This document shows, in pieces, positions 38,482 to 49,321 of a DNA stretch of 64,000 bases. A program made the position numbers and the translations under genes. Below the pieces are notes generated by a model that worked only from the letters and a program-made list of their open reading frames with translations, did not search any database and was not told where the DNA came from. The stretch is taken from NCBI GenBank assembly GCA_964565195.1, contig CAZMCQ010000002.1:82161-146160 (forward strand). Reading direction: 5' to 3'. Numbering within the stretch: the first letter of the stretch is position 1; the number at the start of each line of letters is the position of its first letter. Source of the stretch: an uncultured Candidatus Saccharibacteria bacterium (GTDB lineage Bacteria > Patescibacteriota > Doudnabacteria > UBA920 > 2-01-FULL-46-14).

Positions 38482-39963
38482 ATGGTGGATGTGTTTGACT
38501 TCGATGGGGTTCTAGCGGACTCGAATCAAATCAAGATTGATTCGTTTGTGGAGACTCTGCCCGAGAACGAACAGAAATTGCGACGGTTAATGAAAGAAAT
38601 GTATGATCCCGCTAAAGTTCGCGATGAAATGTTTGCCGCGGTTTTGAAAGCACAGGGACGATCGCCGGAAGCGGTGGCGCGTTTAGGCGCCCTCTACACA
38701 AAGCAGTATGGTCAAACCGTGCAGGACGCGATTGTCCGTCGCGGGGCGCGGCCGGAAGCCAAAGCAGTCCTCGAGAGACTCCTCGCAGCTGGCCACACTT
38801 TGTATATCAATTCTGATACGCCCGAGGACGCTCTCAAACAATGTGTTGAGGCCCTGGGTCTTGCGAGTTTTTTCAAAGCGGTCCTGGGCCGTCCGGCAAG
38901 CAAGGAGGAGAATTTAGAGAAGATCGCGCACGCAGAAGGCGTGGGGCCTGACAGAATTCTCTTTTTTGCGGACGGTGAAAGCGATTTGCGGGCCGCGCGC
39001 CACTTCGGTTGCCGTTTTATCGGGCTTCGAAATGAATTCAACCATTGGACCGATCATGAGGAGTTCACTACGGTTGGGAGCATCGAAGAGCTAGTGGGTC
39101 TGCTTATGACGGATCAGACGCAACATACAACCCATATATTCCCGAAAGCAAAGAATTTATATAAATTTTTTTTTCGTTCTCAGAGATTCAACAGGATCGT
39201 AAAAAGTTTTCTTTCTAGGTTTGCTAACTTCCTGGCCAAAATGAAAGGATTCGATTTCCCGCCGAAATTCCAGTGGGACTGGAAATTGGAGATGCTGCTT
39301 GGGAAATATGAGAAAGAGACTACCAAAGAGTTTAAGAAAATCATCAAACCAGGGATGACAGTCGTTGATATCGGAGGCCATATTGGCTATTTTACCATCC
39401 TGTTCTCGAAACTGGTGGGAAAGCGCGGCCGCGTCTTGGCTTTCGAAGCAGATGCTGAAAATTATCAGCTGCTCAAAAAAAATACAACGGGCAGAAAAAA
39501 CGTAAATATTTACAATGTCGCCGTGTCGGACAAAAGCGGCGAGATGAATTTTTTTAAGACGATCAATAAAACAGGATCACACAGTTTGTTTCCCTCAGAT
39601 TTTCGTCCTATCAGTATAACCGTCAAGGCCGACACTCTCGATCATCTGTTGGAAGAGCTGGCAGTTCCCAAAGTTGACGTGATCAAAATGGATATTGAGG
39701 GGGGCGAACCGCTTGCCCTGCAGGGCATGGCTAAAATTTTGGAGCAAAATCCTGATATTGTCATCATCATGGAATTTTCTGTAATGAATCTGAAGGTGGC
39801 AGGCTACGACCCGCTGCAAATCCTGCAGTCTTTGTCAGACAAGGGGTTTGCCGTGAGAGCGATAGAAGATAACAAATTGCTTGCAGTAACACGCGAAACA
39901 ATAGCATGGGTAGAAGCAAAAAATAACAGCTATGTGAATATCTTAGTTTCGAGGAAAGTCTAA
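38482..39963 (+). CDS. HAD-like hydrolase fused to an FkbM-family methyltransferase
   Basis: Strong SD AAGGAGGG before ATG 38482. N-terminal VFDFDGVLADS (DxD) and FFADGESDL HAD motifs. C-terminal VVDIGGHIGYFT FkbM methyltransferase motif. Confidence 0.65.
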   Translation: MVDVFDFDGVLADSNQIKIDSFVETLPENEQKLRRLMKEMYDPAKVRDEMFAAVLKAQGRSPEAVARLGALYTKQYGQTVQDAIVRRGARPEAKAVLERLLAAGHTLYINSDTPEDALKQCVEALGLASFFKAVLGRPASKEENLEKIAHAEGVGPDRILFFADGESDLRAARHFGCRFIGLRNEFNHWTDHEEFTTVGSIEELVGLLMTDQTQHTTHIFPKAKNLYKFFFRSQRFNRIVKSFLSRFANFLAKMKGFDFPPKFQWDWKLEMLLGKYEKETTKEFKKIIKPGMTVVDIGGHIGYFTILFSKLVGKRGRVLAFEADAENYQLLKKNTTGRKNVNIYNVAVSDKSGEMNFFKTINKTGSHSLFPSDFRPISITVKADTLDHLLEELAVPKVDVIKMDIEGGEPLALQGMAKILEQNPDIVIIMEFSVMNLKVAGYDPLQILQSLSDKGFAVRAIEDNKLLAVTRETIAWVEAKNNSYVNILVSRKV

Positions 39964-39966
39964 GGT

Positions 39967-41151
39967 ATGCGAATCATTCTCGTTACTTCAAAGTTAAATT
40001 TTCTCACTTCCGGAGGTTCTATCACTGATACTGACCTGAAAGCCGAAAACCTCAAGGCAATGGGCCACGATGTCAGCGCGCTGACGGTTTATTCCCAGAA
40101 TAATATTATCAACAAAACACTTACTTATCGTCTGATCGAGGAGCGGTTCCAGACGCGCTATCAGCTTCGTGTGCAATATCATATTTGGAAAGTTTTAAAG
40201 AAATACTCTGCCGAAGCAGATATCTTCCATGTGGAGGGCCAGTACATGCTCGGAGCAGGTTTATATCGCTGGTTCGGCGGTGAGAAGCCGGTGGTTCTGC
40301 ATTTTAATCGCGAATATTTTGCCTGGCGAATGGGATCTTTTTGGAAAAATCCGGTGCGGTTCTTTAAGCAGCGCATTCGTTATTTGCTGGAAAGAATACT
40401 AGTCCCGCTGATCGCGAACAAAAATGATCATTTTATGTTCAATACCCCTTTTTTGAGGGATGCGTTCGAGCGATTTGGACTGCGCTATGATTCTCCTGCG
40501 ACCGTCATGCCGGATTTTGTGGATGAAAAGCGACTATTCACAGGAGCTGGCACGAATGCAGATGAGGCACTCAAGCTACGCCGCGAACGAAACGATACCG
40601 TCCAGCTTTATGCAACCGGCAGGCTGATTTCTGAAAAAGGATTTGATATCCTCATCAGAGCGCTCGCTACTTTGTCAGGAAAACCGGATGTTCATCTAAC
40701 GCTCGGCGGTCAGGGACCGGAAATGGACCGACTCAAAAAATTGGCCGAGGATCTTGGGGTGGGCAATCTGGTCTCATTTCCGGGCTGGGTGACTTATGAA
40801 CAAATGGCAAAGTTTTTGTCTGCCTCAGATGTCTTTATTCTGCCACGCTGGTTTCATGAGGTAGGCTCTGTGATCTTGCTCGAAGCCATGGCATTCGGTC
40901 TTCCCTGCGTGGTTATGGGAGGCGGCGCGCTAGAGTGGCTGGTTGGCCGCGATGACCTGACTTTTAATCCGGGTGATCCACGTGACCTTGCAAAAAAAAT
41001 TGAGGTGCTCGTCGCTGATAGAGAACGCCGCCTCGAGTTTTCGCAGTATTGCCGCGACCGTTTCGTTGGAACTTTCCACATAAGAACGCTTGCACCGCAA
41101 CTCGAGTCAGTATTTACTAAAGTTGTAGCAGGAAGTATTATTGACGCATGA
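39967..41151 (+). CDS. GT4-family glycosyltransferase
   Basis: GT-B pattern with C-terminal HEVGSVILLEAMAFGLPCVVMGGGALEWL motif. Confidence 0.75.
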   Translation: MRIILVTSKLNFLTSGGSITDTDLKAENLKAMGHDVSALTVYSQNNIINKTLTYRLIEERFQTRYQLRVQYHIWKVLKKYSAEADIFHVEGQYMLGAGLYRWFGGEKPVVLHFNREYFAWRMGSFWKNPVRFFKQRIRYLLERILVPLIANKNDHFMFNTPFLRDAFERFGLRYDSPATVMPDFVDEKRLFTGAGTNADEALKLRRERNDTVQLYATGRLISEKGFDILIRALATLSGKPDVHLTLGGQGPEMDRLKKLAEDLGVGNLVSFPGWVTYEQMAKFLSASDVFILPRWFHEVGSVILLEAMAFGLPCVVMGGGALEWLVGRDDLTFNPGDPRDLAKKIEVLVADRERRLEFSQYCRDRFVGTFHIRTLAPQLESVFTKVVAGSIIDA

Positions 41152-42320
41152 TCCAGAGAGAGAAGTTGGGCGTTGGCTGCGTGGAGATCAGCCCGACTGC
41201 CGTTAAATACCTCAATCAAGCCCTGAAAAACAAACGGCTTTCCTATGGGCCATTTGTCAAGAAATTCGAGCGGGGTTTCGCGCGAATGCATCAGGCGAAA
41301 TTTGCTGTCATGGTAAACAGCGGGACATCCGCGCTGCGCATCGCGGTCGCTGCTCTCAAAGAGCTTGAGCGATGGAAAGAGGGTGATGAGGTTATTGTTC
41401 CTGCTGTGACGTTCGTGGCCACTGCCAACGTTGTCCTCCAGCAGGGATTGAAACCGGTTTTTGTTGATGTGGATAGCCGGACTTATAATATTGACCCCGA
41501 AAAGATCGCGGCCAAGATCACCAAGCGCACGCGTGCCATCATTCCGGTGCATCTTTTCGGCCAGAGCGCGGACATAGTGCCGATCGTAAAAATTGCGAGA
41601 AAGCACGGCTTGAAGATCATCGAAGACTCCTGCGAAACGATGGGGGTCAATTATCGAGGCAAACGAGTCGGCAGCTTTGGCGATATCTCCTGTTTTTCCA
41701 CTTATGCCGCGCATCTGATCGTCACCGGTGTTGGTGGACTTGCCGTGACAAGCAGCCGCAAATATGCGGAAGTGCTGCGTTCCCTTGCCAATCACGGACG
41801 TGACGGAATCTATTTTACTGACAAAAAAGGCAGCAGGGAACTCATTGCGCGGCGGTTTCGCTTCATCCGGCCGGGTTTTAGCTTCCGCGTCACCGAAATG
41901 GAAGGCGCGCTTGGACTCGCGCAGCTGTCTCGGCTCCCTATTATTCTTCGCAAGCGCCGTCGCAATGCCAGGTATTTGATTTCTAAACTCAAGCCATTTG
42001 AAAAATTTTTGCAACTTCCTTCGCATCCCGCTTACATCGAACACGCCTTTATGATGTTCCCGATCGTGATCCGGAAAAACGCAAGAATAAAAAAAGAAAT
42101 CCTGGTAAATTATCTCGAAAAACAGGGCATTGAGACGCGCGACATGCTGCCCCTTATCAACCAGCCATATTTGCTAAAAAGCTATAAGCTACAAGCAAAT
42201 TCCTACCCAGTGGCCGACTGGATTAACAATTATGGCTTTTATATCGGCTGCCACCAGTTGATGGGGAGGCCGGAGTTGGATTATATTATTAAGATGTTTA
42301 AGAAGTTTTTTAAGATATGA
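41148..42320 (+). CDS. DegT/DnrJ/EryC1/StrS-family aminotransferase (GDP-perosamine synthase-like, placed directly before gmd)
   Basis: PLP-dependent aminotransferase fold motifs ([31 protein letters not shown]). ATGA overlap both sides. Confidence 0.7.
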   Translation: MIQREKLGVGCVEISPTAVKYLNQALKNKRLSYGPFVKKFERGFARMHQAKFAVMVNSGTSALRIAVAALKELERWKEGDEVIVPAVTFVATANVVLQQGLKPVFVDVDSRTYNIDPEKIAAKITKRTRAIIPVHLFGQSADIVPIVKIARKHGLKIIEDSCETMGVNYRGKRVGSFGDISCFSTYAAHLIVTGVGGLAVTSSRKYAEVLRSLANHGRDGIYFTDKKGSRELIARRFRFIRPGFSFRVTEMEGALGLAQLSRLPIILRKRRRNARYLISKLKPFEKFLQLPSHPAYIEHAFMMFPIVIRKNARIKKEILVNYLEKQGIETRDMLPLINQPYLLKSYKLQANSYPVADWINNYGFYIGCHQLMGRPELDYIIKMFKKFFKI

Positions 42321-43381
42321 AAAAAGCGTTGATTACCGGTATCAACGGACAGGACGGCTCATACCTCGCGGAGCTTTTGCTCGCCCGCGGCTATGAGGTC
42401 CACGGCATTGTGCGGCGCGCCTCGACTTTTAACCGCTGGCGTATTGATCATCTTCACCGGCACCTTTTCCAGCGGCATCCCAATTTTCACCTCGAGTATG
42501 GGGATCTCACTGACTCGTCCAATCTGCTCCGCATTATGAAAAAGGTGGAGCCGGACGAGATTTATAATCTCGGCGCGCAGTCCCATGTGCAGGTCTCCTT
42601 TGAGACCCCGGAATACACGGCCAATGTTGATGCGCTCGGCACGCTCCGCCTCATTGAGGCGATGCGCATCTTGGGCCTGGAAAAAAAGACGAAATTTTAC
42701 CAGGCCTCGACGAGTGAGATTTATGGCAATACCCCGATTGTGCCGCAAAATGAGGAGACGCCGTTTCTGCCGCGCAATCCCTATGGCGTGGCTAAACTTT
42801 ATGGCTACTGGATCATCCGTACGTACCGCGAGGCGTATGGCATGTTTTTGGTCAACGGTGTTTTGTTTAATCATGAATCTCCGCGGCGCGGCGAAAATTT
42901 TGTCAGCAAAAAGATCACCCAGAGTTTGGCGCGCGTGAAACTGGGACTCCAGGATAAACTCGTTTTGGGCAACCTCGATGCGAAGCGTGACTGGGGGTAT
43001 GCCAAGGAATATGTCGAGGCCATGTGGCTGATGTTGCAGCAGAACAAGCCGCAGGATCTTGTCATTGCCACGGGCGAGGCGCACACCGTGCGAGAATTCG
43101 TGGAGGAGACCGCCAAAGTTTTGGAAATTCCCCTTAAGTGGGAGGGCGCGGGACGCGAGGAATGCGGTATTGATGAGAAAACCGGGCAAGTGATCGTGGC
43201 GCTGGATGCCTTTTTTCTGCGTCCGACAGAAATAAATATTCTCCAAGGCGACGCGCGCCGCGCAAAAAAAATGCTCGGCTGGGAACCGAAGGTGAAATTC
43301 AAAGAACTCGTCCGCCTCATGGCCACGTATGATCTCGAACGTTTCAAGAAAGGTGACGATAAAATCTTCATCGATGAATGA
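42317..43381 (+). CDS. gmd: GDP-mannose 4,6-dehydratase
   Basis: [36 protein letters not shown] and the internal [11 protein letters not shown] catalytic motif. Classic Gmd. Confidence 0.9.
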   Translation: MKKALITGINGQDGSYLAELLLARGYEVHGIVRRASTFNRWRIDHLHRHLFQRHPNFHLEYGDLTDSSNLLRIMKKVEPDEIYNLGAQSHVQVSFETPEYTANVDALGTLRLIEAMRILGLEKKTKFYQASTSEIYGNTPIVPQNEETPFLPRNPYGVAKLYGYWIIRTYREAYGMFLVNGVLFNHESPRRGENFVSKKITQSLARVKLGLQDKLVLGNLDAKRDWGYAKEYVEAMWLMLQQNKPQDLVIATGEAHTVREFVEETAKVLEIPLKWEGAGREECGIDEKTGQVIVALDAFFLRPTEINILQGDARRAKKMLGWEPKVKFKELVRLMATYDLERFKKGDDKIFIDE

Positions 43382-45632
43382 GGTTTTAGTTATCGTCCCG
43401 ACTTATAAGGAACGGGATAATATCGAAAAACTGGTCAATACGTTATTCTCCCTAGGAAAGGGCCTGGACGTTTTGATCGTGGATGATGGCAGCGATGGAA
43501 CGGACGAACTGATCCGTGAGATGCAGCGCGGGAATTCGCGCCTGTACCTTATTAAAAGGGAAGGCAAGGGCGGCCGCGGGAGCGCGGTGAATGAAGGGCT
43601 GCAATGGGGTTTGAAAAAGAACTATGATTATCTTGTGGAAATGGATGCGGATATTTCCCATGATCCCGAAGAGCTTCCTAAGCTTTTGGAAAGGGCGGCG
43701 CCTGATACCGTGGTGATCGGCTCGCGGTACGCGCGGGGCAGCCAGATCATTAGCTGGCCTTTGAAACGCCGCGTGTTCAGCAAACTCGCCAATGTCTACG
43801 CCAGCCTGGTTTTGGGACTTGGCATTCATGATTATACCAACGGCTTCCGGGTCTATCCGCGCGCTTTGATTGCGCGAATGGATTTTGAAAAGACCAGGTC
43901 GCGCGGATTTATCGCGCTTTCCGAGATTGCTTACGAACTGGCGGGACTTGGCGCAAAGTTTGTCGAAGTGCCGATCCGGTTTGTGAACCGCAAGCGCGGG
44001 GCCTCCAGCTTCTCGTTGAAAGAAATCAAAGAATCATTTTTATCTGTACTCAAAATAAAATTCAGCGTTTTGGAAATCGTTGCTTTGGGTTTGTTGGCTT
44101 TAAGTTTTTTCATCGGGCTGACCCATGGTTTTCCGCTCACGCGCGTCATCGGCGACGAGGCGCCCAATGTCGGCGGCGTCCTGCGGGCGCTGGAGGCCAA
44201 AACATTGCTGCCGGCCGTGGGCGACGTGCCGTATGCAACGGTCACGTATCTTTTGAGCTATTTCTTCATTGTCGTTTATCTTCTCCTGGCTTTCCCTTTG
44301 TTTGGTTTCAATATGGCGGCTTTAAAGCTGCATTTTCTCGAAAACCCGCATGAACTTTATTTTGTCGTGCGGCTAGGAAGTGCGCTACTGGCCATTGCCA
44401 CGATCGTCTTGCTCGAAAGGATGGCGAGGAAGAGCGGTGCGGCGCGCGGCGAGCGGTTAAGCATCATCCTGCTCGTGATGACCAACCTGCTTATCGCCTC
44501 GCATTTCCGCACCACCAAGGTCTGGGTGCTCTCCACTTTTTTGGTGCTGCTTTCCATTTATTATTTGTATCGCGCGCAAAAGGCGTCGGCGCCGCAAAGC
44601 AGAAGAGCGGCAATCGTTCGGGCGATTTTTTTTGCCTGTCTCTCCCTGGCCAACTTTCCTCTTAACCTTTATAGTGTGGCGGCGGTTTTGCTGTTGGTGT
44701 TTGTGTTTTTCCGCAAAGAAGAGGGCTTTTATCAAACCGTTTTTTGGGGATTGTTTTGGGGCGGTTTGGCCATCGGGGCGGTGTCGGCCCTGAATTGGCA
44801 AAACATTTTGGATCAGGCGCAAACCATGCTCGTTGAGGCCGGCGCCGGCTCGCAGTTTTCGCTCGTGCCTAAAATCCTGCTCAATAATTTGCAGCGCATT
44901 CTGTTGCTCTTTCCGCTGCTGCTCATTCCGGTGTTGTTTGTCCGGCGGATCCGCGACCAAAAACTGTTCACAATCGCGCTGGTCTGTCTGTTTCTGTATT
45001 TGGGCGCGATCAGCTTCACCGCGACCTGGATAAGCGGCACAGCCATTTTCTTGCGCTACCTCATTCCTTTTGGTTTATTTCTGGGTTTGCTGCTTATGAG
45101 CCTGGAGTTTCGTCCCAGGTTTGTTTTGCCAGTGCTGGCGGGATTGTCAGTGGTGTATTATCTGTTTTTGGTAGTTTATTTAAGTCGGCCCACAACTTAC
45201 AATCTCGTCAATGATTGGACGTATAAAAATTTAAATTCCGAACAAACGGTCATCATCAGCGACGCGCAATGGCTCGAGCTGCCGCTGAACAAAAAGTCGG
45301 CGCAGTATTTGCAGAACCGCTATTGCGGTACGCTTTGTCGCGAGACTATTCGCGGTGATCTCAAAGCCGAGTTCAAGCCGCTGGTTTTTGATGCGCGGCG
45401 GAGCGAAATGGAGGTTTATAAAAATTTGCTGAAAAATCCGGCGGGAATGGAATTTTATCTTTATACCGACACAGAGCGGCCGGAATTTTCCGACCGCCTG
45501 GTCGTGGCCGTGGGCCAGCTTTCTACCAAGGAGTATTTCGGCGTGGACCACCGCCTCGGGACATATTTCGATCCGCGCTATTTTACCGCCAAAAACTTCG
45601 GCGAGCGGATCTACGTCTATCGTTTTCAATGA
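43374..45632 (+). CDS. GT2 glycosyltransferase (Dpm1-like polyprenol-phosphate sugar synthase domain) fused to a large C-terminal polytopic membrane domain
   Basis: N-terminal [37 protein letters not shown]2 motifs. About 500 aa of hydrophobic helices follow. ATG 43374 overlaps the gmd stop. Confidence 0.7.
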   Translation: MNEVLVIVPTYKERDNIEKLVNTLFSLGKGLDVLIVDDGSDGTDELIREMQRGNSRLYLIKREGKGGRGSAVNEGLQWGLKKNYDYLVEMDADISHDPEELPKLLERAAPDTVVIGSRYARGSQIISWPLKRRVFSKLANVYASLVLGLGIHDYTNGFRVYPRALIARMDFEKTRSRGFIALSEIAYELAGLGAKFVEVPIRFVNRKRGASSFSLKEIKESFLSVLKIKFSVLEIVALGLLALSFFIGLTHGFPLTRVIGDEAPNVGGVLRALEAKTLLPAVGDVPYATVTYLLSYFFIVVYLLLAFPLFGFNMAALKLHFLENPHELYFVVRLGSALLAIATIVLLERMARKSGAARGERLSIILLVMTNLLIASHFRTTKVWVLSTFLVLLSIYYLYRAQKASAPQSRRAAIVRAIFFACLSLANFPLNLYSVAAVLLLVFVFFRKEEGFYQTVFWGLFWGGLAIGAVSALNWQNILDQAQTMLVEAGAGSQFSLVPKILLNNLQRILLLFPLLLIPVLFVRRIRDQKLFTIALVCLFLYLGAISFTATWISGTAIFLRYLIPFGLFLGLLLMSLEFRPRFVLPVLAGLSVVYYLFLVVYLSRPTTYNLVNDWTYKNLNSEQTVIISDAQWLELPLNKKSAQYLQNRYCGTLCRETIRGDLKAEFKPLVFDARRSEMEVYKNLLKNPAGMEFYLYTDTERPEFSDRLVVAVGQLSTKEYFGVDHRLGTYFDPRYFTAKNFGERIYVYRFQ

Positions 45633-47012
45633 TTACCGGCCTTTGCCGCCGAGCATAATATTGACGGTCTTCAAAATAATCCCGAAATCGAGTGGCAGGG
45701 ACCGGTTTTTGATGTAGAAAAGATCATATTGCAGTTTTTTCAGGGCGTCTTTGGGCGAGTCGCCATATTGAAAGTTGATCTGCGCCCAACCCGTAAGGCC
45801 TGGTTTGATCAAGTGCCGCTCATTGTAAAAGGGGATGATTTTTTGGAGCTCGCGGACAAATTCGGGCCGTTCCGGGCGCGGGCCAACGAGCGACATCTCG
45901 CCTTTCAAAACATTTAGAAGCTGCGGGATCTCGTCAATGCGCGTCAGTCGCATAAAGTGACCAAAGCGCGTCACGCGCGGGTCTCCTGGCTTCGCCCACT
46001 GCGGTTCGCCCTCTTTTTCCGCGCCAACGACCATGCTGCGAAATTTAATCGCGCGAAACGGCCGGCCGAGCTCGCCAATGCGGGTTTGGGAAAAAAGAAT
46101 CGGGCCCGGACTGTCCAGGCGGATGAGCAGCGTGATGAGCGGGATGAAGGGCAAAGAAATGGCCAGGCCAAGCGTGGCAATGACTATGTCCAGGACGCGC
46201 TTCGTCGTCTGGTAGACGCTTTTTTCACTCTCCGCAAGATTTTCCAGAAACCAGATATGGCCGATGTTGGTGATTGGGATTTTGCCGGTGAGGCGCTCGT
46301 AGAAAGATGGCAGGTCGCGGATCTCCAGACGCAGCGAAAGACTCTCAAAAAGCTGGGCGACAAGATTCGAGTCAGTCCGCGGATCGAGCACGGTCAGCAC
46401 GGTGCTGATATTTTTTTCCCGGATAAGTTTTTTGAAATTGGGAATGTCCGCGTAAACCGCGACCCCGGGAAATTCCTGGCCGCCTTTGTAGCTCCCGTGG
46501 ACAATGGCCGCCACGCGGTAGCCGAGCTGGGGTTTGCGGATGATTTCCGCGATGAGCTCGTGCGCCTCGTCATTCATGCCGATGACGAGTACGCTGCGGG
46601 TTAAGCGGTCGCGAACGATAAAGCCATTGTACCAGTAGCGCCACAGGGAATAAAAAACCGTGAAGACGGCGAGGTAGATGAAAAAGACAAGCTGCGGCTT
46701 GATGTTGAAAAGCTTGTCCGTCAGAAAATAGAAATAAGCCGCGGCCAGCCCGTAGCTAACGAGAATCGTGCCGAGGATTTTGTTGTAAAAGGCGAAATCG
46801 TTTTTGCTGATGGCAATATCGTAAAGCCCATTGATATAGAAAACGACCAGCCAGAGCAGGAAGAGCAGGGAAAAAGGCAGAAGGTGAAGGCCCCATTCTT
46901 TGTCGTTGGGTAAGGACTGGAAACGGAGCAACAGCGTAGCATAGAGCGCGGCATACATCGCCAAAATATCCCCGCCCACGAGCAAAATTTTTTTAAAACG
47001 GCTTAAGAGCAT
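45633..47012 (-). CDS. Polyprenyl-phosphate sugar phosphotransferase (bacterial sugar transferase, WbaP/PssY-like initiating enzyme)
   Basis: C-terminal RLTRIDEIPQLLNVLKGEMSLVGPRPERPEF motif and N-terminal TM helices. Stop abuts the stop of the convergent upstream gene. Confidence 0.85.
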   Translation of the reverse strand: MLLSRFKKILLVGGDILAMYAALYATLLLRFQSLPNDKEWGLHLLPFSLLFLLWLVVFYINGLYDIAISKNDFAFYNKILGTILVSYGLAAAYFYFLTDKLFNIKPQLVFFIYLAVFTVFYSLWRYWYNGFIVRDRLTRSVLVIGMNDEAHELIAEIIRKPQLGYRVAAIVHGSYKGGQEFPGVAVYADIPNFKKLIREKNISTVLTVLDPRTDSNLVAQLFESLSLRLEIRDLPSFYERLTGKIPITNIGHIWFLENLAESEKSVYQTTKRVLDIVIATLGLAISLPFIPLITLLIRLDSPGPILFSQTRIGELGRPFRAIKFRSMVVGAEKEGEPQWAKPGDPRVTRFGHFMRLTRIDEIPQLLNVLKGEMSLVGPRPERPEFVRELQKIIPFYNERHLIKPGLTGWAQINFQYGDSPKDALKKLQYDLFYIKNRSLPLDFGIILKTVNIMLGGKGR

Positions 47013-47056
47013 CGCTTTCGCTTGATAAAGCCCAGTATAGCAGCTAAAATTGATTT

Positions 47057-49204
47057 ATGCCAGTCATCTACCGTCTTTTGAAGTGGAACCTGTACGCGTT
47101 GCTCATCCTGCCGCTTCTGGTGTGGGGCATTTTTTTATTTCCCTTTATCACTACAAAAGTTCTCTATTTCCGTCTCCTCGTGGAAGCGGCCTTGGTGTTG
47201 TACCTTCCGCTTGCCATCCGTTACCGGGAGCTACGCCCAAAATTCGATCTAATCACCAAAATGGTCTTTGCGTATTTTGCCGTTCTCATCGTGAGCGCGC
47301 TTTTTGGCGTGGACGTTTACCGGAGCTTTTGGGGCACGATTGAGCGCGGCGAGGGGCTCATCACCATTGCGCATTATGTCGCCTATTTTGTGATCCTCAC
47401 CGCGGTTTTTCGAACCAAAGAAGACTGGCATCGTTATTTACGCGCGGCCGTCATCTCGACGCTGCTCGTGGCGCTCTACGCCTTCGCGCAAATTTTGAAT
47501 CTGTCCTTCGTAATGAACGCAGCCGGTGTCCGGATTTCCGGCACGGTTGGCAATGCCTTGTTTTTCGCTGCCCTGATGATGTTCGGCATGTTTCTCTCCC
47601 TGTACCTGGTCGGCGCGAGCCGGACCGGGGAACGTTTTTTTCTTTACGGAGTTTTCGCCTTTGAGTTCTTCCTGCTGTACAAGTCGGCTTCGCGCGGCGC
47701 GATTTTGGCGACTGCCCTGGCCATATTTTTTTATTTGGTCCTTAAATTTTTTAGAAGTGGCGGCTGGCGCCTCAAAATTGCGACTGGCGCTCTCGCCCTG
47801 CTTCTTCTGCTCGGCGCGGGGCTGGTTTATTTTAGCCGCGAGCGCGCGTGGGTGAAGCAAAACAGCACGCTGCTTCGCTTTGCGTCCATTTCGACGCGCG
47901 ATGTGACGACCCAGTCGCGGCTTGACACTTGGCAGGCCTCCTGGAAAGGTTGGCAGGAGCGTTTTTTCCTCGGCTATGGTTATGAAAATTACAACATTGC
48001 CTTTAACAAATATTTTCCGGCGCGAATTTTCAAAAAGCCCGGCAGCCAGATCTGGTTCGACCGCGCGCATAATACCGTCTTTGACGTTGCCGTGGCGTCC
48101 GGGATTTTCGGCCTCGTCGCTTATCTTGGCATTTTTGCCGCGGCCAGCATTGTGCTTATCCGCCAACGCGGCCGAAGTCTAATTCTCCTCTTTGGCCTGG
48201 CCGCCTATTTTGTGCAGAACCTGTTTGTGTTCGACACGCACGCCACGCACCTGATGTTCTACCTCGTTCTCGCCCACATTGTGTTTCTCGGTCGCGTCGA
48301 GCAGGGTACGTCCGCGTTTGCGCGACGGCGGGTGTGGTGGCTCGCCGTACCAGTCGCGTTATTTTTTTTAGTCTTTGCGTATTTTGTCAACGTCCAGCCA
48401 CTTTTGGCGAACTACAATGCCGTTGCCGCGCTGAAAGGTCTGCGGGGCGGGGATGCAAACGCCGGTTTGGATTATTTTCGGCGCGCCTTGTCTTACGGCA
48501 CTTATATGGATGCGGAGATCCGCCAGCATTTTGCTGACGCAGTGCTGCAGACCCAGGCCAAGACGTTGTATGGGTTGATCGCCATGGAAATGCGGAAAAA
48601 CGTCCTCGCCGCCCCGCGGGATGTCAAAAACTACCTCTATCTTATGAACATTCTCAATCGACTGCCGAACGAAGCGAGCAGCTATCAGGAAATCCTGTCC
48701 TTGGCCGAGCGGGCCATCCGGCTTTCCCCAACCCGGCCGCAAATCTATTCCGAGCTTGGCCAGGCCATGTTTTTCCGAAAGGAGTTCAGCGCGGGACTAG
48801 AAAATTTCCGCAAGGCCATCGAACTTTCTCCGGAGCCGTATATTTCGCATTTTAACTATCTGCTGGCTGGTATCATGGCGGGCGAAGCAAAAATTATCGC
48901 TGAGGAAACGGCGATTATCGAAAGGCAGTATAAGCATAAATTTACCGGCGAGGAGTACGCGCAGATTGCGCGCGCCTATCAGACCGCTGGTGACAGGGAT
49001 GCGGCTTTGGCAAATTATCGCACCGCCATTGCAATTGAGCCGACGCGGGTGGAATTCCGCATCAATCTGGTTTCTTTCTTTGGCGAACAGTGCGACCTTA
49101 CGGCGGTCCGGGACGAAATCAATGAAATCATCCGTTTAAATCGCGCCTACCAAAACGACGCGGTTGCCTATTTGAGCCAGGTGGAAAAAAACTGCAAGAA
49201 ATGA
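47057..49204 (+). CDS. O-antigen ligase/Wzy_C-domain membrane protein with C-terminal TPR repeats (putative O-oligosaccharyltransferase or polymerase)
   Basis: Polytopic N-terminal half with a Wzy_C-like segment WFDRAHNTVFDVAVASGIFGLVAYL. C-terminal TPR-like helical repeats. Confidence 0.65.
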   Translation: MPVIYRLLKWNLYALLILPLLVWGIFLFPFITTKVLYFRLLVEAALVLYLPLAIRYRELRPKFDLITKMVFAYFAVLIVSALFGVDVYRSFWGTIERGEGLITIAHYVAYFVILTAVFRTKEDWHRYLRAAVISTLLVALYAFAQILNLSFVMNAAGVRISGTVGNALFFAALMMFGMFLSLYLVGASRTGERFFLYGVFAFEFFLLYKSASRGAILATALAIFFYLVLKFFRSGGWRLKIATGALALLLLLGAGLVYFSRERAWVKQNSTLLRFASISTRDVTTQSRLDTWQASWKGWQERFFLGYGYENYNIAFNKYFPARIFKKPGSQIWFDRAHNTVFDVAVASGIFGLVAYLGIFAAASIVLIRQRGRSLILLFGLAAYFVQNLFVFDTHATHLMFYLVLAHIVFLGRVEQGTSAFARRRVWWLAVPVALFFLVFAYFVNVQPLLANYNAVAALKGLRGGDANAGLDYFRRALSYGTYMDAEIRQHFADAVLQTQAKTLYGLIAMEMRKNVLAAPRDVKNYLYLMNILNRLPNEASSYQEILSLAERAIRLSPTRPQIYSELGQAMFFRKEFSAGLENFRKAIELSPEPYISHFNYLLAGIMAGEAKIIAEETAIIERQYKHKFTGEEYAQIARAYQTAGDRDAALANYRTAIAIEPTRVEFRINLVSFFGEQCDLTAVRDEINEIIRLNRAYQNDAVAYLSQVEKNCKK

Positions 49205-49240
49205 TACAATAAACACAAATTCGAAGCACGAAATCCTAAA

Positions 49241-49312
49241 TCCGAAACAAATTTAAATGTTCAAAATTCAAAATTCTAAACGTTTCGAATTTCGAAATTC
49301 GAATTTCGGATT
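49241..49312. repeat. AAATTC/TTCGAAA-type repeats including a perfect 20-nt palindrome TTCGAATTTCGAAATTCGAA, upstream of pilB
   Basis: Seen directly in the 117-bp pilB upstream region. Sequence-related to the heptamer repeat at 15635. Confidence 0.7.
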
Positions 49313-49321
49313 TTAACGCTT

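Noticed and set aside
40854-42044. 396-aa minus-strand ORF spanning the GT4 and aminotransferase genes
   Set aside because: It crosses a gene boundary of two confident + strand genes. Arg/Ser/Pro-rich translation typical of antisense frames.
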